Shown here one piece after another: positions 36,786-46,618 of a stretch of DNA of 64,000 bases. The stretch is from assembly GCA_028283955.1 (NCBI GenBank), contig JANQSP010000076.1, forward strand, positions 4,064 to 68,063, given 5' to 3'. Numbering within the stretch: position 1 is the first letter of the stretch; the number at the start of each line of letters is the position of its first letter. Below the pieces are notes generated by a model. It saw only the letters and a list, made by a program, of their open reading frames with translations, was not told the origin of the DNA and ran no database searches. The position numbers were made by a program, and so were the translations under genes. The DNA is from Bdellovibrionales bacterium (GTDB lineage Bacteria > Bdellovibrionota > Bdellovibrionia > Bdellovibrionales > UBA1609).

Positions 36786-37049
36786 GTGGAACAAAAACCA
36801 TCTAAAGTAAAAGGCAAAAAACAAATTAAGATAGACTACAAGTCTCCCGTCACTCTTTATCAATATATTTCAGAAGGGGGAAAAATCAGTCCAGCTCGTA
36901 TTACAGGTCTTAAACATTCTGAACAAAGAACCCTTAGGAATGCTGTAAAAAAAGCCCGCCGACTTTCTTTAATACCTTCTTCAGCCGGAGCTTATGATGA
37001 TTTTGGCTACCCGGAACAAATATCCGCCACTCCTTTCGAAATAGACTAA
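36786..37049 (+). CDS. rpsR: 30S ribosomal protein S18
   Basis: GTG start. IDYKSPVTLYQYISEGGKISPARITGL..SEQRTLRNAVKKARRLSLIP. Confidence 0.9.
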   Translation: MEQKPSKVKGKKQIKIDYKSPVTLYQYISEGGKISPARITGLKHSEQRTLRNAVKKARRLSLIPSSAGAYDDFGYPEQISATPFEID

Positions 37050-37231
37050 ATTAACCACTCCAGGTTTTTCCAACTTTTATTTCCCTCTGTTGTGCCCAAT
37101 AAACACAAATCCTCACTCTTATGTATAACTATCCATCTATGTTTCTCTTTTTTTAGCTTCCTAAGTATCCAATAATGAGGGTTAAGACCAAACTCCTGCA
37201 ACTGCCTTACAAGGTTTTTACTGTTCTTCAC
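37046..37231 (-). CDS. Hypothetical small protein (61 aa)
   Basis: ATG start. Convergent 4-nt overlap with rpsR. No family recognised. Confidence 0.35.
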   Translation of the reverse strand: MKNSKNLVRQLQEFGLNPHYWILRKLKKEKHRWIVIHKSEDLCLLGTTEGNKSWKNLEWLI

Positions 37232-37369
37232 ACTATACCTCCTTTATTCCATTGCTATGGAAGAAAGGGAGATGCAAATAAGACATAATAAGAAAACAAA
37301 GAAAAAACAGCTTTCAGAAATGTAAAGTACGATATCCGAAATATAATTCAGATTTCGAAAAAATAAAAA

Positions 37370-37990
37370 TTATAAAGAAGGATAATGAGCACAATTTTCA
37401 GACACAAGGGCTAATTCCCGAATACGATTTTCACTCATTCCTTTAACCCCTGGCAGTTTTTTCAACACTTTTCTTTCCAGATTAAGTAAACTCTCTTTTC
37501 CATAGAAAAAAAGAATCTGTTCTTTAATCAGGCAAAATAACGACATGTCCACATCAGTAAACCAAGCCAACTTATCCTGATATTCAGTGGGAGGAGCCTG
37601 CCCCCAGGCTATACGAATCATCAAGCCATACACTTCAAAAAGAATGCTTTTCACTTTACTTAAGCTGGCAAAAGCCTGACGACAATCTATTGAAACCAAT
37701 TTAAAATCATTTATAAAAGTTTTTATTTTTGAAAATAACCCATAACAACTCCCTGGAGAATTATATTTTTTACAACTATTAACCAAAGTCTCCAATAATG
37801 GCAGTTTTTTTATTTCCCTTTTAAGACTGGGATCTCTATAAATAATCCCCTTCTGTTTGGATTTAAAATTCTCTATTTGCGTACGACAAATAGTATGAGG
37901 AGGATCTTGTGCCACTATGAAAATAATAGCCGCTCCCAAAACCAAGACAACAAATATATTTTTAGGAAGAGATAAAAGCCACTGAACCAC
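37370..37990 (-). CDS. Hypothetical membrane-anchored protein
   Basis: N-terminal TM NIFVVLVLGAAIIFIV. Starts 2 nt after the upstream gene's stop. Confidence 0.55.
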   Translation of the reverse strand: MVQWLLSLPKNIFVVLVLGAAIIFIVAQDPPHTICRTQIENFKSKQKGIIYRDPSLKREIKKLPLLETLVNSCKKYNSPGSCYGLFSKIKTFINDFKLVSIDCRQAFASLSKVKSILFEVYGLMIRIAWGQAPPTEYQDKLAWFTDVDMSLFCLIKEQILFFYGKESLLNLERKVLKKLPGVKGMSENRIRELALVSENCAHYPSL

Positions 37991-37992
37991 TG

Positions 37993-38499
37993 TTACCTAC
38001 CAACCACAGCTCCACATGATTGATACTCCAAATGTAAAGGTCTCATTTTTTTCATATTTTTTCCCTGCATCCACACACTTCTATCTCTCGGACAAAAGAA
38101 CACAACATGTTTTTTCAAACCATACACATGGGCCATGTAGGTAAGCGTACGGTTAATTGAATTTATATTGGTTTTCATTTTTCCGTTAGTCATTCGTGTC
38201 ATAGCTTCCAATTGAATCTTAAGTCCCCGTAATACCCTATATGTATAAGAACGCTGATGATAGGGTAGTAATTCAGGAGATTGCTCCAGGGCTTCTATCT
38301 GATTAATCATCCTGGATAAAGCCAAGTGAATTTGATCTTCTTTTTTGGAATAAAAAGCCTGATGCAAATAAACAGCGTCATCCAGTAAAGAAACCAGTGG
38401 AGCTTTTAACTTATCCTTCAATGGAAAAGTCGGTCTTTTCATAGCAAACCCGGAATGGGAAAGAGAAAAAAGTAAGATTATAAAGAACACCCGAAACAT
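37993..38499 (-). CDS. Secreted protein, DUF3347-like C-terminus
   Basis: Signal peptide. C-terminal VFFCPRDRSVWMQ....MRPLHLEYQSCG resembles the DUF3347 tail (y.CPM....W.......NPY.g..M..CG). Weak. Confidence 0.5.
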   Translation of the reverse strand: MFRVFFIILLFSLSHSGFAMKRPTFPLKDKLKAPLVSLLDDAVYLHQAFYSKKEDQIHLALSRMINQIEALEQSPELLPYHQRSYTYRVLRGLKIQLEAMTRMTNGKMKTNINSINRTLTYMAHVYGLKKHVVFFCPRDRSVWMQGKNMKKMRPLHLEYQSCGAVVGR

Positions 38500-38512
38500 A
38501 TTTCACACCTAA

Positions 38513-38552
38513 AATAAAAAAGGCCGATCTGTTAAGACCGACCTTTTTTTGT
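38513..38552 (-). terminator. Rho-independent terminator after the porin gene
   Basis: Minus-strand AGGUCGGUC-UUAACA-GAUCGGCCU (9 bp including 2 G.U) followed by UUUUUUAUUUU. A T-run also occurs on the plus side. Confidence 0.65.
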
Positions 38553-38571
38553 TTCAATCATAAACAAATCA

Positions 38572-39690
38572 TTAAAAATCAAATGTTGTATTAAGCTGTA
38601 GCTGCCAGTAAGGTGCATCTTCGTTAGTAATATCGAAAAAACCACCTTGAATGTTAATGGCAAAACCACCAGCATAACTTTTCTTTACATACAAATCAGC
38701 TTCTATTACTTCTTCATCTGAAAGAGCTGCATTGCCGTCAGGATTCACACCCCCATTACTCCATTGTCCCCAAGCTCCAACTTTATCGAAGTATAAACCA
38801 ACCACACCTATTTCAAAATCTTCGCTGGGCATGTAAGCAATACCGGCTTCACCGTATGCAGTTCCGTTACCCCACTGAGCCACATCTAATGTACCCGCGC
38901 GGGAATGACGGTCATAGTAAAAAGGATTGTACGCTTCTGATTCGTAGTGACCACCAACGTAAATACGAGCATCAAAATCAAGAGTGTAACCCACTTGAGC
39001 GTCAACCGCGTATTCTGTCATTGAATCAAAATCATCCCCATGAAGAGCACCAGTCAGTTTATAGTCAAGACCGGATATGTCTCCACCAATACCAAGACCT
39101 AGGCGTATATGTTGTTGATCTTCCCCCGGGCCCATAGCATACACACCATGAAGGTTAGCCATTTTAAACTCTTCAGGAAGAGAACGTACATCCAAAGAAA
39201 CACCAACTGCTCCTTCGTAGGTTGCTACTTCATTGGAAACTACCCAAGCCTTAGGTAAATAAGCAGCCCACGCATCTACAGCCAAGCTTTCTGTATTATA
39301 GCTAATAAAAGCCCCGTCAAAGACATAAGGGAAATGCTCATAATCATTCATACCAACAGATGAACCATCAGCAATTTGGTAAGGCGCACGACCCAACCTT
39401 ATTGTAAACTCATCCGACACTTTCCAATCACCATACCCGTAAAAACGCACGTCGTTATCACTGTAATTAGTGTCACCCCAATTATAATTAGTCATCAGCC
39501 AAAAATGGCTTTCAAACATTTCATTGGGACGGAAAGCGCCTGAGAACTTAAACCGCTGAATGAAGATATTCTCCATATCCTGCTGGTAATAAACCCCTCT
39601 AGCACGATGCTGACCGCCAAATTCCATGTCCATTGCGAAAGCAAATGGAGTTGTGAAAATCAAGGCGAGTGAACAAATAAACTTTTTCAT
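38572..39690 (-). CDS. Outer-membrane beta-barrel porin, alginate-export-family-like
   Basis: Signal peptide ..PFAFA. TIRLGRAPYQIADGSSVGMNDYEHFPYVFDGAFISY resembles the Alginate_exp core (lGRQ.l..Gdgrl....W.n..r.FDG). Alternating beta pattern and C-terminal F. Confidence 0.7.
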   Translation of the reverse strand: MKKFICSLALIFTTPFAFAMDMEFGGQHRARGVYYQQDMENIFIQRFKFSGAFRPNEMFESHFWLMTNYNWGDTNYSDNDVRFYGYGDWKVSDEFTIRLGRAPYQIADGSSVGMNDYEHFPYVFDGAFISYNTESLAVDAWAAYLPKAWVVSNEVATYEGAVGVSLDVRSLPEEFKMANLHGVYAMGPGEDQQHIRLGLGIGGDISGLDYKLTGALHGDDFDSMTEYAVDAQVGYTLDFDARIYVGGHYESEAYNPFYYDRHSRAGTLDVAQWGNGTAYGEAGIAYMPSEDFEIGVVGLYFDKVGAWGQWSNGGVNPDGNAALSDEEVIEADLYVKKSYAGGFAINIQGGFFDITNEDAPYWQLQLNTTFDF

Positions 39691-40185
39691 AAACTAACTC
39701 CTTGGTTTTATGTTTATCCTCGATAGTACCTTTCCTTATACCTACCTTTTTAAAAAAGAGTCAACATAAACTATAACCTCAAAACCAGACTTTTTGTTGG
39801 TTTTCGCGGTCCAAAATGAAAAAAAACAGACAATTTTCAGCTTATTAACCCATAAAGTCGTTCCAAATTAAACCTATTCTTAACATCTGAAAGAGCACAT
39901 ATACTATGGTAAAACCTTAGATTCCTGCATTTTTACTACAGTATATATAGGTGTACACCATCTGATAGTCTAAATCATTATACTTCACAATTTTGATAAG
40001 CGGATCTTTCAACAGATACGCTGCTTAACACCAGGTATCATCTTTTGCTTTTAAGCTCTGCAACATTAAAACACTACTAAAGTTTATCTAACCTTAAGTG
40101 TTGCTTTTATACTTGTCACAGTGTCGCGGCCTCCAATTGAACGAGGTTAGGTTAGTCATGAGGAGCAAGAGTGGTTCTTTCTGGC

Positions 40186-41235
40186 TTATTCTTTGCAAAA
40201 TGAAGGAATAAGAACAGAGGAAACTGCATTTATAAAAGATATAAAAAACTCAGCACTCTTTTCGATTTCCTCTATTCGTATGGCTTTTTTTACAGGCGGT
40301 TCAAAAAAAGCACCACACTCTATAGCCAAGTAAAGATAGGAATTTTTAATGGAAAGATAAATATTTTTATTAAACCGGGTGTATATATTTAAAATATTAT
40401 TTTTTCTATCTTCTGTTAAAAATAACTGAGCTTGAGAAATATTATCACAATATATATTAAATTGTTGATCAAAATCCGTTTGTGAATTCCATTTCTTTTT
40501 ACCCTTAAACGAGTTGATTTTTCTGCCCTTTAAGGATAAAACTCCCACATCTGTTTTCTTCGGGACAATATAAATACCTTCCATGGAGGATGGCAGGGAC
40601 AGCTTCAAAAACAAGCCATGAAAAAGCACAGACTTAGATGCAGAATATTGTCCTGCAGATCTCATTATATAAGCTTGCATTTCGGAAAACTCCAAGGGAT
40701 GGTCTACTATGATTCCTGAACAGTGATCATTTCCTGTGTAACTGCAGTTGGGTGTGAATAATCCACTATTTTCAAAATCTTTTTTGGAAATATGTTCTTC
40801 CGGACTGTATTTTATGCCGGGGTTTAACTGTTGAAAAAGTTTTTTGTTGATTCTATTCTTAAAAGTATTGACATATCGTGATTGGAGCCACAAGTAAAGT
40901 GCGGCACTCCCCCCAATAAGTAATATAATAAAAATGCACAGCGCCCATTGGAAAGGAATAGATGCCCATTCACTTAAAGTGCTTAGAAGAGATTGAATCC
41001 ATGTTACAATAGGGGCAAAATAATTTTCGTAGAAGGGGAGAATTATTTTTTCAAATTCTTCTTTCCCATAATAAAGTACTCCTACAGAATATAAAACACC
41101 ACAAATTAAAAGAAGAGTGCCAATAACTGTATAAAATATACCGGTATAAAAAAGAACTTTTCTTTTCTGCTCCAGGTCTTTTAATGTTTGGTTTTTTATT
41201 TCTTGAAAAAAATATTTTATACTTTTTGTGTTCAT
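40186..41235 (-). CDS. DUF3137-like membrane protein
   Basis: Two N-terminal TM helices, then a soluble domain (..KYSPEEHISKKDFENSGLF...Y.GNDH..G.....LEFSE..). ATG 41235 preferred over TTG 41244. Confidence 0.6.
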   Translation of the reverse strand: MNTKSIKYFFQEIKNQTLKDLEQKRKVLFYTGIFYTVIGTLLLICGVLYSVGVLYYGKEEFEKIILPFYENYFAPIVTWIQSLLSTLSEWASIPFQWALCIFIILLIGGSAALYLWLQSRYVNTFKNRINKKLFQQLNPGIKYSPEEHISKKDFENSGLFTPNCSYTGNDHCSGIIVDHPLEFSEMQAYIMRSAGQYSASKSVLFHGLFLKLSLPSSMEGIYIVPKKTDVGVLSLKGRKINSFKGKKKWNSQTDFDQQFNIYCDNISQAQLFLTEDRKNNILNIYTRFNKNIYLSIKNSYLYLAIECGAFFEPPVKKAIRIEEIEKSAEFFISFINAVSSVLIPSFCKE

Positions 41236-41512
41236 TGATACCAAAGCTCACATATTTTTTTAACACAAATCTTTTACTATGAGAATTGTTACAGTGTAGT
41301 CTATAAATCAGATAAATACAAATACAACTGGTGTTGCGACAGCTTTCAAATAAAAAAATTACTCATGCACAACTGACAAAATGGACTGGCAGTTCCAGAG
41401 CTCGTATGACAGCATTTTTGAATTGAAATGTTTCAGATATTTCTACAGATTGAATGTTGAAAATATTGTCAGTGCTTGGTTATAAAGCCAAATTGAAAAT
41501 TTTGATAGAAAG

Positions 41513-42478
41513 TCAATAGGAATCATTTTTGTCAATTCTTATCACTTTGAAGCCTGATTCTTTGATTTTTTTAACCGAAGCAGGAAGTTGACCTTGGACG
41601 ACTTTTTTTAGACTTTGAATAATATCTTTTTTCCAGTGGGAACGGAGAAAAACAATGCTCACCTCCCTTGAAGGGGCCAGAGGTTTAAAATGGCGAGTTT
41701 GCTTCTTTTCGCTGGCACTCAGCCTATCAATATTTAACTGTGGTAAAAAGGTGTAGCCATGAACTTTTTCCACTAAAGCCTTAAGAGTCTCAAGACTTCC
41801 ACTCTGAAAATGAACATTTTTAAAAGTTTCCAGGGCCGAGTTCATATTACAGAAATTGAGAACCTGGTTTTTAAAACAATGACCATCAGATAAGATCCAC
41901 AAATCTTTATGTTTTCTTAAATCACTTACTTTTAGAAAGTTTTTTTCCAGTAGAGGATGATTTTTGGAGCAATAGACATTAAAAGCTTCAAAAAAGAGAA
42001 TTTTTTTCTCCAGATTTTTTTCACCCAGTGGAGTCGCGAGAATCCCTGCATCAATTTCGTCCATATTCAGGGCTCGAATAATGTTCTCCGTAGTCAACTC
42101 ATTGATAAAAAGTTCCACTTTTGGATATTTTTTAGAAAATTCCTTTAAAAAAAGAGGAATCACTGATGAGGAAAGAGTGGGAATCACCGCTAACCGGAAG
42201 CTTCCCTTCAATTCTCTGGTCTCAAGTCTTGAGAGACTTAAAAGTTGTTTATATTCTCCTATGATTTTTTGAGCCTGCTCAATAACTACTTTTCCTTTTT
42301 GGGTCAGAACAATAGGTTTTTTGTTCCGATCAAAAATCTGAATTTCCAGTTCCTCCTCCGCTTTTTGTATTTGAATACTGAGACTGGGTTGGGAAACATG
42401 ACAATGCTCCGAGGCTTTTCCAAAATGGCCTGTTTTTGCCACGGTCAGAATATATTCCAATTGCGTAAGGCTTGGCAT
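41513..42478 (-). CDS. oxyR: LysR-family transcriptional regulator, OxyR-like
   Basis: MPSLTQLEYILTVAKTGHFGKASEHCHVSQPSLSIQIQKAEEEL. Cys-containing LSDGHCFKNQVL (the OxyR redox Cys context). Divergent from ahpC. Confidence 0.8.
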   Translation of the reverse strand: MPSLTQLEYILTVAKTGHFGKASEHCHVSQPSLSIQIQKAEEELEIQIFDRNKKPIVLTQKGKVVIEQAQKIIGEYKQLLSLSRLETRELKGSFRLAVIPTLSSSVIPLFLKEFSKKYPKVELFINELTTENIIRALNMDEIDAGILATPLGEKNLEKKILFFEAFNVYCSKNHPLLEKNFLKVSDLRKHKDLWILSDGHCFKNQVLNFCNMNSALETFKNVHFQSGSLETLKALVEKVHGYTFLPQLNIDRLSASEKKQTRHFKPLAPSREVSIVFLRSHWKKDIIQSLKKVVQGQLPASVKKIKESGFKVIRIDKNDSY

Positions 42479-42536
42479 AAATTGTAGTCACTCCAAGGAC
42501 TTGAGATTAATATATAAAAACTATTATATTATAAAA

Positions 42537-42557
42537 ATAATATATTTCATATATTAT
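42537..42557. promoter_or_regulatory. Perfect 9-3-9 AT palindrome (LTTR T-N11-A type box), candidate OxyR operator
   Basis: ATAATATAT-TTC-ATATATTAT, 59-79 nt upstream of the oxyR start in the oxyR/ahpC divergent region. Confidence 0.4.
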
Positions 42558-42608
42558 AAAAGATCAACTATATTTCAATTCACGGGGTTGTGACAGGACC
42601 ACGAAAGG

Positions 42609-42655
42609 GATCCGGCTTGGATTTGAAACTTCAAATAAAAATCCAAAACCGGATC
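42609..42655. repeat. Long imperfect inverted repeat (about 15 bp stem)
   Basis: GATCCGGCTTGGATTT-N14-AAATCCAAAACCGGATC, 120 nt upstream of ahpC. Confidence 0.6.
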
Positions 42656-42775
42656 AAAAAAACATAAACCGACCCTAGCTAAGGATCATTTATTCCCTTC
42701 CTGGACCTTTTATCAAAAATCCAGTGAAACAAATAGTCCTTCTACAAAGAGGTCAAGAAACAAAAAGGAGAGCAT

Positions 42776-43351
42776 ATGAAAGGACTTGGAGAAAGTTTTC
42801 CACAATTTCAACTTAAAGCGGTGGTTTCCAACGACATGGAAACAGCTTTTAAAGACATTAACAACGAAACATATAAGGGCCAATGGATCATTCTATTCTT
42901 TTATCCCAAGGATTTCACCTTTGTTTGTCCCACGGAGATCAAAGGCTTTGCAAAACTCAATTCGGAGTTTCAGGATCGGGATGCTCAAGTTCTTACAGCC
43001 AGCGTTGACTCGGAATTTGTTCATCTGGCCTGGCGTAGAAGCGATGAAAATTTAAAAGATCTGCCCTTTCCCATGCTTTCTGACATTAAGCGGGAACTCT
43101 CAGAAGAGTTAGGCATCTTAGATCCCAAAGAGGGTGTTTCTCAAAGGGCTACATATATTATAGACCCTCAAGGGATCATCCGTTTTGTTTACGCCACGGA
43201 CCTCAGTGTGGGACGAAATCCAGAGGAGGTTTTAAGAATTCTGGATGGTCTTCAAACTGATGAGCTTTGCCCATGTAACTGGAAAAAAGGAGAAGAGACC
43301 ATTCAAATTTCTCAACAAAATTTTCCCGATGAAATACCGGGAAGGTTTTAA
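42776..43351 (+). CDS. ahpC: Peroxiredoxin AhpC (2-Cys)
   Basis: FFYPKDFTFVCPTEI peroxidatic Cys motif. SD AAAGGAGAG. Confidence 0.9.
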   Translation: MKGLGESFPQFQLKAVVSNDMETAFKDINNETYKGQWIILFFYPKDFTFVCPTEIKGFAKLNSEFQDRDAQVLTASVDSEFVHLAWRRSDENLKDLPFPMLSDIKRELSEELGILDPKEGVSQRATYIIDPQGIIRFVYATDLSVGRNPEEVLRILDGLQTDELCPCNWKKGEETIQISQQNFPDEIPGRF

Positions 43352-43438
43352 CGAAATCAGATCATTTATCCCTGCTGATTTTCCTTATTAAAACGATCTG
43401 GCTGAAGATAAAAGGTCTTCCAAAAAAAGGAGTGAAAA

Positions 43439-43978
43439 ATGACTTTGGAAAATATTAAAGAAAAAATAGGCGAATTATCAAAAGATGTAAAAATCAACAT
43501 GAGTCTTGTACTCAATGAAAGAGAAACTTCCGCTCTCAAACAAAATCAGATTTCAGGAGCCGCTTTGGCCTGTGCTTATACTACCGGAAACTCTGATTTG
43601 ATTTCAGCTATAAAAAAATCATTTGATTTGAGTTCAAGTGAGACTCAGGCAGCTCAAACTGCTTCTATTCTTATGGCTATGAACAACATCTATTATCGAT
43701 TTGTTCACCTTAGTGGAGATTCTGAAATTGAGAATCTGCCGGCAAAATTAAGGATGACAGCAATGGCCAATCCGGGTGTAGATAAAATTGATTTTGAAAT
43801 TTACTCTCTGGCTGTTTCCGTGCTTTCCGGCTGTGGTTTATGTATCAGAGCCCATAGTCGGACATTAAAAAAATCCGGCTTTTCCTCTGAGGGAATCCAA
43901 TCAATTGCCAGAATTGCTTCGGTAATTAACTCAGCCGCCCTGGTGTTAAGCATTAAAAACTCAAACCAAGGGGTTTAG
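43439..43978 (+). CDS. ahpD: Alkylhydroperoxidase AhpD (carboxymuconolactone decarboxylase family)
   Basis: SGCGLCIRAH (CxxC) motif. Sits downstream of ahpC. Confidence 0.85.
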   Translation: MTLENIKEKIGELSKDVKINMSLVLNERETSALKQNQISGAALACAYTTGNSDLISAIKKSFDLSSSETQAAQTASILMAMNNIYYRFVHLSGDSEIENLPAKLRMTAMANPGVDKIDFEIYSLAVSVLSGCGLCIRAHSRTLKKSGFSSEGIQSIARIASVINSAALVLSIKNSNQGV

Positions 43979-44011
43979 AATAAAAAATCCGTTAAATAAA
44001 GATTATTTCTC

Positions 44012-44542
44012 TTATATAGATAAAACCTGTAGGAATACTAAGACAGAGGATTTTATAATTTCTTCTATATAACCTAGTTTTTTGCAAGCCAACTCTCTTT
44101 TGATAAAGGTGATCGGTAAATAATTTTTATCCGGTGGGGGTGGTAGGTATTGGTTTAGCTCAGGATTTTTATTGACTGAATTAAAGTTTTCCGGTGTGAA
44201 TGATTTTAAAAATGATTTTTCAAAACCTTCCGGAGTTCTGTAATATCCGGAACCATAAGAAAAAAATGCTTTCCCTCTACTAAAATCCATTCTTAAAATA
44301 TAATAATTAAGCTGTGTCATCCTGGATTCTCTATAAACCGATACTATTTCCTGTTCGTTTCTGTATGTTTTATAAAACTCTAAGCCAGTCCTTTCTTCCC
44401 GCACCAGCCCTTTTTCAGAAATGACAACAATCTTATCCCAAGCGGAAAGTGATTGATTTTCATTAAAATAACAATAATAACTCTCCGACCCGTCTGATCC
44501 ATAAGCTGTTAGGCTAAAACATAAAAGCAGTAAAAATCTCAT
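44012..44542 (-). CDS. Hypothetical secreted protein
   Basis: Signal peptide MRFLLLLCFSLTAYG. No family recognised. Confidence 0.55.
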   Translation of the reverse strand: MRFLLLLCFSLTAYGSDGSESYYCYFNENQSLSAWDKIVVISEKGLVREERTGLEFYKTYRNEQEIVSVYRESRMTQLNYYILRMDFSRGKAFFSYGSGYYRTPEGFEKSFLKSFTPENFNSVNKNPELNQYLPPPPDKNYLPITFIKRELACKKLGYIEEIIKSSVLVFLQVLSI

Positions 44543-44572
44543 AACTTCCAGAATAGGTAATAAACTTAATTA

Positions 44573-45244
44573 TCATATATATCTAAAAATATTCAGGATA
44601 AAACGAAAAAAGCTCATCATTACTGATTCTCTATCGCATTTATAATGCTTCTCCCTAATACCCAGACGGCCTCCAAAAGCTTTTTCTATTTCCTCAGGCT
44701 TCATAAAACGACCTTGCTTAATAGCTTGTTTAAATTGAGTGGTTCCCGGGTGATATTCAAATTTATATACAGAGGTTTTTTTACTCAGAATGGGGAAATA
44801 CTTAACAGTTTTTCTCATCTGTTTTGTATTTGCATCAAATACATAGGTTTGAAGTTTGGTTGCATTAGTATGATAGCGGGTTGTCCACTTATTAGATCCT
44901 TTGGTTTTTGAATAGCTATCTACATATTCACCTTCATCAGATTTATAGGCTTCCATGGCATAACCTTCCACATAATTAATAATCACTTGATCTTTTGTAA
45001 CAGTAAAATTATAAGCATCTTTTTTTGTGTCAGCAGTTAAATTTTCTGTATAATCCGCATTCAATCCAAACGGCTCTAATCTTTTGTGAAGCTCCATGAT
45101 TCCCAGCCTTACGCTGATATTGTTATAGGTAAAAGACAAAGTTCTATCCTCACCTTCTTCCTTGCAAAGATAGGCATTCGAAAATCCACAGGATGTCATA
45201 GACAAACAAAACAGAAAGAAAAGACAATTAAATTTTTTTCCCAT
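44573..45244 (-). CDS. Hypothetical lipoprotein
   Basis: MGKKFNCLFFLFCLSMTSCGF lipobox. ATG 45244 preferred over TTG 45280. Confidence 0.55.
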   Translation of the reverse strand: MGKKFNCLFFLFCLSMTSCGFSNAYLCKEEGEDRTLSFTYNNISVRLGIMELHKRLEPFGLNADYTENLTADTKKDAYNFTVTKDQVIINYVEGYAMEAYKSDEGEYVDSYSKTKGSNKWTTRYHTNATKLQTYVFDANTKQMRKTVKYFPILSKKTSVYKFEYHPGTTQFKQAIKQGRFMKPEEIEKAFGGRLGIREKHYKCDRESVMMSFFRFILNIFRYI

Positions 45245-45428
45245 CAAAAAACATTTTACTAAATAGATATAAAATTTCAAATTATTAAAGATTTTGCATA
45301 AAAGATATGGATCAAATGGCTCTGGAATGGATCTTTATAAGAGTCTTATTTTTGGAAATCAAGGACAAAAGCCGCAAAACCAAAAATATTTTCATTGAAA
45401 AAGCCGGTTTTGTTGTTACCATATAAAT

Positions 45429-46322
45429 ATGAAAAAGACTGTTATTCTAAGAAATAAAAATTATTTTTTTGCAATTATCTATAAAGGCTTTTTGTGCTCT
45501 TTAACAACTCTTTTTTTGTGTTGGGTATCCTTTACTATGGCAGCTTCGGAGACAGATAGCAAGAGGTCCATAGAGAGACAAATTGTAAATTTAATGCAAA
45601 ATATGGAAAACCTCATGTCTCAAGCAGAAAATGGAAATGCTAATTCTCAATACGAACTAGGCTTAATATACATATATAAAATGGAAACGGAAAATAACGG
45701 TTTTACAGATAATTACAATCTATCAATAAAATGGCTGCGGGAAGCAGCGGAAAAACACAATTTGGCCAGAGCCAAATATGTTTTGGCTTTTTTATTGTCT
45801 AGGTCATCGGGGGATGATCTTGATTTAATCATGAGATTATTTACTGAATCAGCAAGTGATGATTATGTTCCAGCTCTGCATCGAATGGGTTTACTGAAAC
45901 ATTATGGAGGGTTGGATAGCATAAGAATTAATAAGAGTAATGAGGAGGCGGCAGAATTTTTTAGACGAGCAACATCCAGAGGCTCTCTTAGGTCGCAAGC
46001 TCGGTTGGCTCATTTTTATTTTGAAGGTTTAGGTGTAACCAGAGATACAACAAAAGCTTACATCCTGTACTTGGATGCCGCTCAAAGGGGTTTATATCGA
46101 GCCTATAGCCGTCTGGCCTTAGATTGGCATGATAGAGGTGGACTGAGTCCAGATTCAGAAAAATTTGAAGAATATTGGTGGAAATATAAAAATAACGAAG
46201 ACAGAGAGCCTTTTTGTGGTGAAGATGAAGAAGGGAGAGATTATTTCTGTGGTTCAAACAGAAAGGAACCTACATTGCTGTATGAGATGTTTCTGCATTT
46301 TGAGGACTATATATTACAGTAA
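45429..46322 (+). CDS. Sel1-repeat (TPR-like) protein
   Basis: Repeated A...Y.LG..Y..G.G...d...A..W...AA..G units (NANSQYELGLIY, ARAKYVLAFLL, ALHRMGLL, SQARLAHFYFEGLGV). Confidence 0.75.
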   Translation: MKKTVILRNKNYFFAIIYKGFLCSLTTLFLCWVSFTMAASETDSKRSIERQIVNLMQNMENLMSQAENGNANSQYELGLIYIYKMETENNGFTDNYNLSIKWLREAAEKHNLARAKYVLAFLLSRSSGDDLDLIMRLFTESASDDYVPALHRMGLLKHYGGLDSIRINKSNEEAAEFFRRATSRGSLRSQARLAHFYFEGLGVTRDTTKAYILYLDAAQRGLYRAYSRLALDWHDRGGLSPDSEKFEEYWWKYKNNEDREPFCGEDEEGRDYFCGSNRKEPTLLYEMFLHFEDYILQ

Positions 46323-46325
46323 GGA

Positions 46326-46601
46326 ATGCCCATGTTCAGAATACTCACTTTATTGATTCTCTTATCAGGATGTTCACCTCCTTTGGTTCCGATACCTAAG
46401 GTTAATGATTGTAATGAGCAAAAAAAAGAATGTAATGATAAAGCTCATCAGGAAGAGTGTGGAGGTCAATCAGGGAGAAGTTGTGTCGAAAAAATAATTA
46501 AAAATGAAAACTGGGATAGTTCCGCTTTTGAGAGCAAAATAAAACAATGTGATGCAGACTACAGTCAATGTCTTAATAGGTATAGTGAACCGCGAAAATG
46601 A
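46326..46601 (+). CDS. Small Cys-rich lipoprotein
   Basis: MPMFRILTLLILLSGCSPP lipobox. 3 nt after the Sel1 gene's stop. Confidence 0.6.
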   Translation: MPMFRILTLLILLSGCSPPLVPIPKVNDCNEQKKECNDKAHQEECGGQSGRSCVEKIIKNENWDSSAFESKIKQCDADYSQCLNRYSEPRK

Positions 46602-46618
46602 TGTAAAAGTAATCTAGT

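Noticed and set aside
42537-42557. The AT palindrome as a chromosome dimer-resolution (dif) site
   Set aside because: It is a 9-3-9 perfect palindrome without the asymmetric XerC/XerD half-sites and 6-bp central region of dif. Its position upstream of a LysR-type regulator fits a T-N11-A box better.
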